A DNA stretch of 64,000 nt from Laetmonice hystrix (Eukaryota). The DNA lies in NCBI GenBank assembly GCA_965235115.1, contig OZ249442.1, positions 8,556,001 through 8,620,000 of the forward strand. Direction: 5' to 3'. Positions 59,001 through 64,000 of the stretch are shown piece by piece. Position numbers and translations under genes: made by a program. The notes under the pieces are model-generated. The model searched no databases. It saw only the letters and a program-made list of their open reading frames with translations, and was not told where the DNA came from. Numbering within the stretch: the first letter of the stretch is position 1; each line of letters opens with the position of its first letter.

Positions 59001-59941
59001 GTGTGTCCATACACAGGTCTCAATCATGGCGAGGCTGTGGTCGGAGCCTCCAAACCTCAGTACGACCGTTAATTACGTTATGTGTGTCCATACACAGGTC
59101 TCAATCATGGCGAGTCTGTGGTCGGGGCCTCCAAACCTCAGTACGACCGTTAATTACGTTATGTGTGTCCATACACAGGTCTCAATCATGGCGAGGCTGT
59201 GGTCGGGGCCTCCAAACCTCAGTACGACCGTTAATTACGTTATGTGTGTCCATACACAGGTCTCAATCATGGCGAGGCTGTGGTCGGGGCCTCCAAACCT
59301 CAGTACGACCGTTAATTACGTTATGTGTGTCCATACACAGGTCTCAATCATGGCGAGGCTGTGGCCGGCGTGGTCGGGGCCTCCAAACCTCAGTACGATA
59401 TCTGGGGAGATGTGGTAAATGTAGCCAGTCGGATGGAAAGTCACGGAGTCATGGGGCGTATTCAGGTGAGTATCAACTGCCAAAGAAACCTTGAGCTTTC
59501 TAAATACAGTTCTGTATGGGCCGATATTGTACAGACTATATATGGCTCCGTCTATGTGCAATAAATTGGACTTCATTAATTCGATCAAATTGACATTTAG
59601 ACTGAATCGTGAATTGGAAAGAGCACTAACTATCAAATTAGTCCTAGATTTCAAAACACATCATAATTATTGTCCATTTAAACTTGTATACTTTACATTG
59701 ATTCTATCCTTGATCAGAGCAGACCCAAAAATGCCTGACCTTTGTTCTACCTTTGTTCCAGGTACGGGAAGAGACGGCACAGCTGTTGATGAAACACGGT
59801 ATAATGTGCGACTTCCGGGACAGGAGAGCTGTGAAGGGCAAGAAAAAACCCATGAATCTGTACCTGGTCAGCGAGAGAAGTCTCCAGTTTGAGCGTATGG
59901 TCAGCACCGGTTCAAGCGAGACCTGTGACATATTCTCCTAG
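34263..59941 (+). CDS. ADCY2: Transmembrane adenylate cyclase, ADCY2/4/7 (group II)-like, about 1184 aa, 23 coding exons
   Basis: Phase-consistent GT-AG exons give M1-C1-M2-C2. C1: [40 protein letters not shown]1b: WGAEKPF. C2: [69 protein letters not shown]. The subtype rests on WGAEKPF and GLNHG, so the symbol is approximate. The true N-terminus and the exon-11 acceptor are uncertain. Confidence 0.93.
36827..36991 (+). CDS. ADCY2: Adenylate cyclase exon 2 ([18 protein letters not shown]1)
   Basis: TTACAG / CAG|GTACGA, phase 0-0. Confidence 0.85.
37050..37224 (-). mobile_element. MITE of about 175 bp, copy A (intron 2)
   Basis: TIR GCGATTTCCCTTGCGACGGCCATGCGATTT / AATCGCATGGGCGCCGCAAGGGGAATCGC. 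Confidence 0.8.
37643..38008 (+). CDS. ADCY2: Adenylate cyclase exon 3 (M1 helices)
   Basis: Hydrophobic ORF, TTGCAG / CCG|GTAAGG. Confidence 0.9.
38304..38477 (+). mobile_element. MITE of about 175 bp, copy B (intron 3), inverted relative to A
   Basis: Reverse-complement similarity to 37050-37224. Confidence 0.8.
38966..39115 (+). CDS. ADCY2: Adenylate cyclase exon 4 (TM6, LAHRHTFLD)
   Basis: TTTCAG / CAG|GTAGGC. Confidence 0.92.
39578..39729 (+). CDS. ADCY2: Adenylate cyclase exon 5 ([24 protein letters not shown])
   Basis: TTTAG / AG|GTAAGT. Absent from the ORF track. Confidence 0.9.
41518..41634. mobile_element. AGTGGCGTAGC-ended MITE
   Basis: TIR AGTGGCGTAGCGA / TCGCTACGCCATT. Confidence 0.7.
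41783..41894 (+). CDS. ADCY2: Adenylate cyclase exon 6 ([18 protein letters not shown])
   Basis: First catalytic Asp. CTTCTAG / AAG|GTTAGT. Confidence 0.95.
42028..42331 (+). repeat. 33-bp tandem repeat of the exon-7 acceptor plus exon start, 9 copies
   Basis: Unit CATGTTATGTTAG|GTCAACAACTGTATGAGAAT. Confidence 0.97.
42311..42438 (+). CDS. ADCY2: Adenylate cyclase exon 7 ([21 protein letters not shown])
   Basis: Second catalytic Asp. Donor CG|GTTCGT. Confidence 0.93.
42859..43020 (+). CDS. ADCY2: Adenylate cyclase exon 8 ([24 protein letters not shown])
   Basis: CGCAG / GG|GTAGGA. Confidence 0.95.
43183..43315 (+). CDS. ADCY2: Adenylate cyclase exon 9 ([14 protein letters not shown])
   Basis: CTCTAG / GAG|GTAGGT. 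Confidence 0.93.
43759..43941 (+). CDS. ADCY2: Adenylate cyclase exon 10 (C1b, WGAEKPF)
   Basis: GACAG / CCG|GTAAGG. Confidence 0.88.
44239..44312 (+). CDS. ADCY2: Adenylate cyclase exon 11 ([12 protein letters not shown]..), acceptor uncertain (44209 or 44239)
   Basis: Donor AG|GTAGGC, phase 2, matches exon 12. Confidence 0.65.
45047..45250. repeat. Foldback-like palindrome with TTCCG/CGGAA subrepeats
   Basis: Arms about 45047-45116 and 45169-45250. Confidence 0.85.
47531..47704 (+). CDS. ADCY2: Adenylate cyclase exon 12 ([17 protein letters not shown]7)
   Basis: ATTCAG / AA|GTACGT. Confidence 0.92.
48225..48895. repeat. Degenerate tandem repeat of about 130-150 bp, about 4-5 copies
   Basis: Recurring TAGGTCACGTGACCTATGACGTCA and GGCTATAACTTGTAAATGGTTGAA. 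Confidence 0.85.
48953..49020 (+). pseudogene. tRNA-derived SINE head or tRNA pseudogene
   Basis: A-box-like TGGCTCCGTGG and B-box GGTTCGAATCCC. The cloverleaf is not convincing. Confidence 0.5.
49833..50445. repeat. 42-bp minisatellite, about 14 copies
   Basis: Unit CATGGAGATACATACCAACATAAACATGTTAACTATCAGTCA. Confidence 0.97.
50491..50752. mobile_element. TA-flanked MITE with long TIRs (Tc1/mariner-type)
   Basis: GTACTGGGGCCGAAAAGTA..GATCCTCGGGTCACA / TGTGACCCGAGGATC..TACTTTTCGGCCACAGTAC. Confidence 0.75.
50943..51048 (+). CDS. ADCY2: Adenylate cyclase exon 13 (TM8)
   Basis: GGCAG / TAT|GTAAGT, phases 2-0. Confidence 0.85.
51240..51362 (+). CDS. ADCY2: Adenylate cyclase exon 14 (TM9)
   Basis: TTGCAG / TTC|GTGAGT. 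Confidence 0.85.
51927..52025 (+). CDS. ADCY2: Adenylate cyclase exon 15 (Cys-containing extracellular loop with NQT/NTT sequons)
   Basis: TTTGCAG / CCA|GTAAGG. Confidence 0.85.
52189..52352 (+). CDS. ADCY2: Adenylate cyclase exon 16 ([19 protein letters not shown]10-11)
   Basis: TTTCAG / AA|GTACGT. Confidence 0.92.
52734..52815 (+). CDS. ADCY2: Adenylate cyclase exon 17 (TM12)
   Basis: TCCAG / CAG|GTGACT. Confidence 0.88.
52893..53202. repeat. 22-bp minisatellite, about 14 copies
   Basis: Unit GAACTGGGGGATAAAGTAACAT. Confidence 0.97.
53259..53417 (+). CDS. ADCY2: Adenylate cyclase exon 18 ([16 protein letters not shown])
   Basis: TGGTAG / AAG|GTACGC. Confidence 0.95.
53435..53945 (+). 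repeat. G-tract-rich degenerate repeat (G-quadruplex potential)
   Basis: Dozens of GGG/GGGG runs, for example GGGGCGGGGCTGGGGGCGGGG and TAGGGGTGGGTCCTAGG. Confidence 0.9.
54265..54411 (+). CDS. ADCY2: Adenylate cyclase exon 19 ([24 protein letters not shown])
   Basis: GATAG / AAG|GTATGT. Confidence 0.95.
54832..55085. repeat. 45-bp minisatellite, about 5.5 copies
   Basis: Unit TTATTTTAAGCCAGCGAGTGTGCTCTGTTGTTCAAGTGGAATTAC. Confidence 0.95.
55614..55852. other. Assembly gap (239 N)
   Basis: N run. Confidence 1.
56122..56371. mobile_element. Harbinger-type MITE
   Basis: TIR GGCTGGGTTTCCATAGAAG / CTTCTATGAAAACCCAACC, TAA/TCA flanks. Confidence 0.7.
56650..56748 (+). CDS. ADCY2: Adenylate cyclase exon 20 ([17 protein letters not shown])
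   Basis: ATCAG / ACT|GTGAGT. Confidence 0.95.
56757..57310. repeat. 30-bp minisatellite, about 18 copies, starting 8 nt after the exon-20 donor
   Basis: Unit ATGCTGCTGTATAATATACCTTCAATAGGC, decaying toward the 3' end. Confidence 0.95.
57505..57619 (+). CDS. ADCY2: Adenylate cyclase exon 21 ([14 protein letters not shown])
   Basis: TTCTAG / G|GTAAGG. Confidence 0.93.
58397..59398 (+). repeat. 81/90-bp tandem repeat of the exon-22 acceptor plus exon start, 12 copies
   Basis: Unit CCGTTAATTACGTTATGTGTGTCCATACACAG|GTCTCAATCATGGCGAGGCTGTG(GCCGGCGTG)GTCGGGGCCTCCAAACCTCAGTACGA. Confidence 0.97.
59341..59465 (+). CDS. ADCY2: Adenylate cyclase exon 22 ([33 protein letters not shown])
   Basis: ACACAG / CAG|GTGAGT. 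Confidence 0.95.
59762..59941 (+). CDS. ADCY2: Adenylate cyclase exon 23 ([17 protein letters not shown]..stop)
   Basis: GTTCCAG acceptor, TAG stop. ATTAAA at 59999-60004 is a possible polyA signal. Confidence 0.93.
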   Translation, partial: VREETAQLLMKHGIMCDFRDRRAVKGKKKPMNLYLVSERSLQFERMVSTGSSETCDIFS

Positions 59942-62900
59942 TCAAAACAAGAAATGACTGAGAATAAGGAAGAATTCAGACACTGGGGGTTTGACGTTAT
60001 TAAAGGTGTCAGGTTACGGAGTCGTAAAGAGAGGCCGGGGCCGCCCTGATCATGCATGACACAGAAAACCGTTGCGAGGGTCAATCGGCTGGTTTGATTG
60101 GTCGTCTTGATGTGACGTCATGTCACGTGATTTGGGTTGGTGATAAGTGTTCAGTCACCTGTTGGACCAGTGGTCTCCGTGATGAGAGATGCGAGATCGT
60201 TTTCAGGATCAAAAGCGATCTGGACTCGGAGGACCACCAAGGTGTAGAGACGATAGCGAAATGGACCGTGCTGTCTCTGGACCGACAGGTTTGGGCTGGT
60301 TCCAGGAGTCCGACGAGAGAGAATCAAACTTCACAAACCACGCTGGCGCTGTTTGACATATAAACCAACTATGGGCCGACCTGCTAACTGTGGGCCGACC
60401 TGCAAACTATGGGCCGACCTGCATTCATTTAGCAGTGTCTACATCCCGTATTCTTTTGAAATCGTCAGCATCAACTTCAATCGCCAGCATCAATTTCTCT
60501 GGACCGACAGGTTTGGGCTGGTTCCAGGAATCCGACGAGAGAGAATCAAACTGTTGATAATTAGTGCCTGGAGTGCACTTGGCCTGATGTTGTCTCATGT
60601 TCGGGTCAGATGATGACATTCCGAACAAACCTGGGAGTTTTTCTCGTATCGGGCAATGCTAATTACTCACCGCTATGTATTTGTTGTCGACAACATTAAT
60701 GATCGAATGAATAATTATATTATTGTAACTTGAAAGAGGCGAATAGAATGGTCGATTGTCTTGCCACATGATTATGCTTTCTTCAATACAGAATTTTAGG
60801 AATTTTTAAGGGGACATGTAAAAAGTGTCTAATTATATTCGCTTTCAAGTTCCCTTCCCTTCACAGCGAGTCACAACCCCCCCCCCCCCCCCCCCCCCAA
60901 GTTATGTAAATTTTTAATGCCCGTTCACAAAGTATGCGTTTTATCATATTGTGCTTTGTACAAGCAGGCTTAAATATTTTATTAAATATTTTATGAAATA
61001 GAAGGCAACAGGATAAATCGTCTGCCTTCAATGAGGTAGACACAAGGATGTTGTAGGACTGTTTTATAAATAGCCTTAAATGGTAACAAACCTCTATGAA
61101 TAGAACAAGCAAAGATAACGCAGTTTCCCTATCTTGACCGGCCTTGCAAGGTCAGGGTCTCTAACTGTTTTTGTGTCTTTGTCTCACAAGTACAGTTCGC
61201 CTAGTTTGTGTTTACAAGTAACGTGGCTTGGTATCAAGGTCTTTGTGGGTGGTCTTAACCGGAACTGCTGAGTGCCACTGACAACAATTGTGTCAGTAAT
61301 AATGATGGCACAGAACGATCGTATAAGTAATGATTTAACTGACTGTGAGACTCAGGGAGGCGTCAGAGTCAGGGAGAGAGAGAGAGCCCGTTATTACTTC
61401 AGATGGGCCGATATTGTATTCATTGTCCTCGCAGGTCATTGCTGGCGATGGCCACGGGAAAAATGTGCTTAGACTCGAAGTGGAATCTTCGCTTTTGCTA
61501 ATATTATGAGGATCAAAACTGCGATGTTCTAGTATTTAAAGCCGTCGGGTGATCCTAATAGAAGATCAGTGACAAGCTCAGTATTTAATTGTTAGGGTAA
61601 TCCCATTATAATATGTAAATATTACCGATATAAGTGTAGCAGCCATGTAATGATTTTAAAAATGTGATTTGTTTTGTATCTTAAATATTTTTAAAAGTTT
61701 GTCTACGCGAAGCGATATAGGCCTACGTGACAATCATTAATAGTGTACATATAATACTGCCTCATTTTGAATCTCGTTGCATATTAGCATTAAATATGAA
61801 AGAATAATGTACTCCATGTGTACAGAAATGAACCCTCTGTGTGCCTGTACAGGCGGTGATGTGTGATCAATACAAATATACAGACACTGTCTCCCCCCTT
61901 TTTGATTTTCAATGGTCCCTGCCGCCAATTTCTTTTTCTTTTTCAGAGGTTGGAATATACATTTTACCCACAAGAATCAAAATCATCTTTAAAAGTACGT
62001 AAAATACATTTTTTAAATGCATGACAAAAACCTTCCTTTGTTGGTTTCCTTTTAATTTAAATTCCAGAAGGTGGTATCTCGGTGTGGGGTGGGGGTGTTG
62101 ATACAGATGGTTGTAGGTGGGTGAATGAAATGGTCCTGGTACCCCCCAGTTACCATTCTACTAACCTCTGTTTATATATTTAGAAATATTATTATAACTT
62201 ATAAGAAAACCCCTATGAGCACCCCTTTCACCTCCACAATGTGTTTACCCGTGACGTACGTTTAAAAACATAATGATCGATGGGAAATAAAGTTTTGACG
62301 CAACTGCCTCGTAGTATGGACTGATCTATCTATGGCGTCAACAGAAATGACGGGCACACATGTTGGCACACACAACCCGGCTTATCTCGGTCGTTCTATG
62401 TCATCGTTTCCTAAAGAGTGTGTCTGGAGGCCGCCGGGGTGGGGGGGGGTGGGGGGTGGGGGTCGCAACCCCGTGAGTCCCCGGGGATAATGCTGTTCTC
62501 CACCATTAAAACTGGTATAAATGAAGAAATACGCCGAAATATGCCAAAATACGCCAAAACATGCGGATATACGCTTAAATATACACCGGAATAGAATCTA
62601 CCGCGGAAATACAGGTGCCTTGCGTGTAAAAATACCGAAATACACTGATAGATCGACAAGAGCGGATTCTATTCCTGATTGGGGGTTGGTGGGGGGCGTA
62701 TGGCAATGACGGATTCAGGGGGTCACATGGGCTCCGCACCCCCCCCCCTTAAACTTCATGGCGCCCCTCCTGCCGATCATGAATTCGAACATTGGCCATT
62801 CAGGGGCGCCTGCAGAAATATTTTTCAGTATACGCACAGAGTTTTAAAGGTATAGAGAATACACGAGGAGTGGTTTAGAAATAGGATTTATAAATGACGT

Positions 62901-64000
62901 CGGAAAGTAGTGCTTGTTCGAACGAGTTATGTTACCAAAGTCAGGTCGGATTTTAGAGCCGATTTGTTTATTTAAGCATAAAAAAAAATGTCAACAAAAT
63001 TTTCCATTATACGCACATGCGTATAGTGCGTATAGGCTGCAGGCGCCACTGCCATTGAATAGCTAATTTTGTGCTCCAAAATGCATCAGATTTCACCATG
63101 CCATGCCCCCGGACCCCCCTGGCAAGGCTGATCACGCCTTCGGCGCTCGCACACCTTGCGCCTTCGGCACTCGTACAGTCGCCCCTGCGCCCCCAAAAAT
63201 GTTGGACCCCCCCCCCCTACTTGGAAAAGCTGGATCCGCCCCTGTATGGTGAGTCTGGGTTTCTCGCCAATAAAGTTTTGGCAATTTCATTGCAAAAACG
63301 TATTTTACATTATTTAGACCCTGCTTGGCCTCGAGTTTGACCCTATAGAGGATTTTTCTATTGTTCTGTACCTTGGCTCCATCTCCTTAGTGTTGTGTTT
63401 CTTATTTAGTGGATGGTCAAGTGTAAATACTCAAGGCTATAAAAGTAACTTGGAGGTTGATAAGGGGGGGGGCTACCTAAAAATAATTTTGTACATCATG
63501 TTTCAGTAGGCCATATCTTGGAGGACTGGTTTTCCGTAAATCTTCGAAATATGTGATTTTTTCAGGAATTTACAGAAAATCAACGAATACTGTACTTCAA
63601 ATTTGTTGAAACTTTCCCAAAAACTTCCATGTAATGTCAGCTACAAAATAACTATAAGAGATTGTTCAAAGAGAAATTCTCTCTCCCCATAGGTGGATGA
63701 CAATGAGCATATGTCGAGATTTCAGCAAATCCTCTAAGCGATATCATGCCCACGTGACCTTTTGACCTCTGGTGACCTTGATAATTAATATACACATACA
63801 AAACATATTTCATCTAAAAGCACTTTGTTTGGGCTTTCAAATGATATCTCATTTGCAAAAATATGATAAAGTACACGTTCTCTATTCAGTGGGTGATCCA
63901 GGATTTTGATAAGGGGGCCCACCTGAAATTTTTTTTACCCTCGCTACGCTCGGCATGATTTTATTGCGCTTATATAGCCATTTTGGGCCCCTTTTAATCT

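Noticed and set aside
58361-59494. 377-aa, 222-aa and 139-aa ORFs
   Set aside because: These are off-frame readings of the 81/90-bp array. Only 59341-59465 is coding.

Overview
Eukaryotic (animal) genomic DNA, probably from a marine invertebrate, judged from GT-AG introns, many MITEs and minisatellites, poly-G/C runs and frequent TAGGCCTA. The taxon is an inference. There are two assembly gaps (3941-4084, 55614-55852). Two + strand multi-exon genes could be rebuilt by hand with consistent splice phases. (1) An 8-coding-exon gene at 9647-16962 encodes about 928 aa with an unusual architecture: CARD, a possible degenerate CARD, 14 x 12-aa Asp-rich repeats full of xxTD/G motifs, a second CARD, BTB and 6 Kelch blades. 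Its whole BTB-Kelch half is one intronless exon. (2) A 23-exon transmembrane adenylate cyclase of the ADCY2/4/7 type at 34263-59941 encodes about 1184 aa with catalytic residues intact. A recurring oddity is tandem repeats built from the splice junctions themselves: 9 copies of one adenylate cyclase acceptor plus exon start, 12 copies of another, a repeated donor in the CARD gene, and a Mutator-like MITE whose 10-bp TSD duplicates a donor. The rest is non-autonomous DNA transposons and minisatellites. No CRISPR, rRNA or credible functional tRNA is present. All calls are by eye, with no database searches run.
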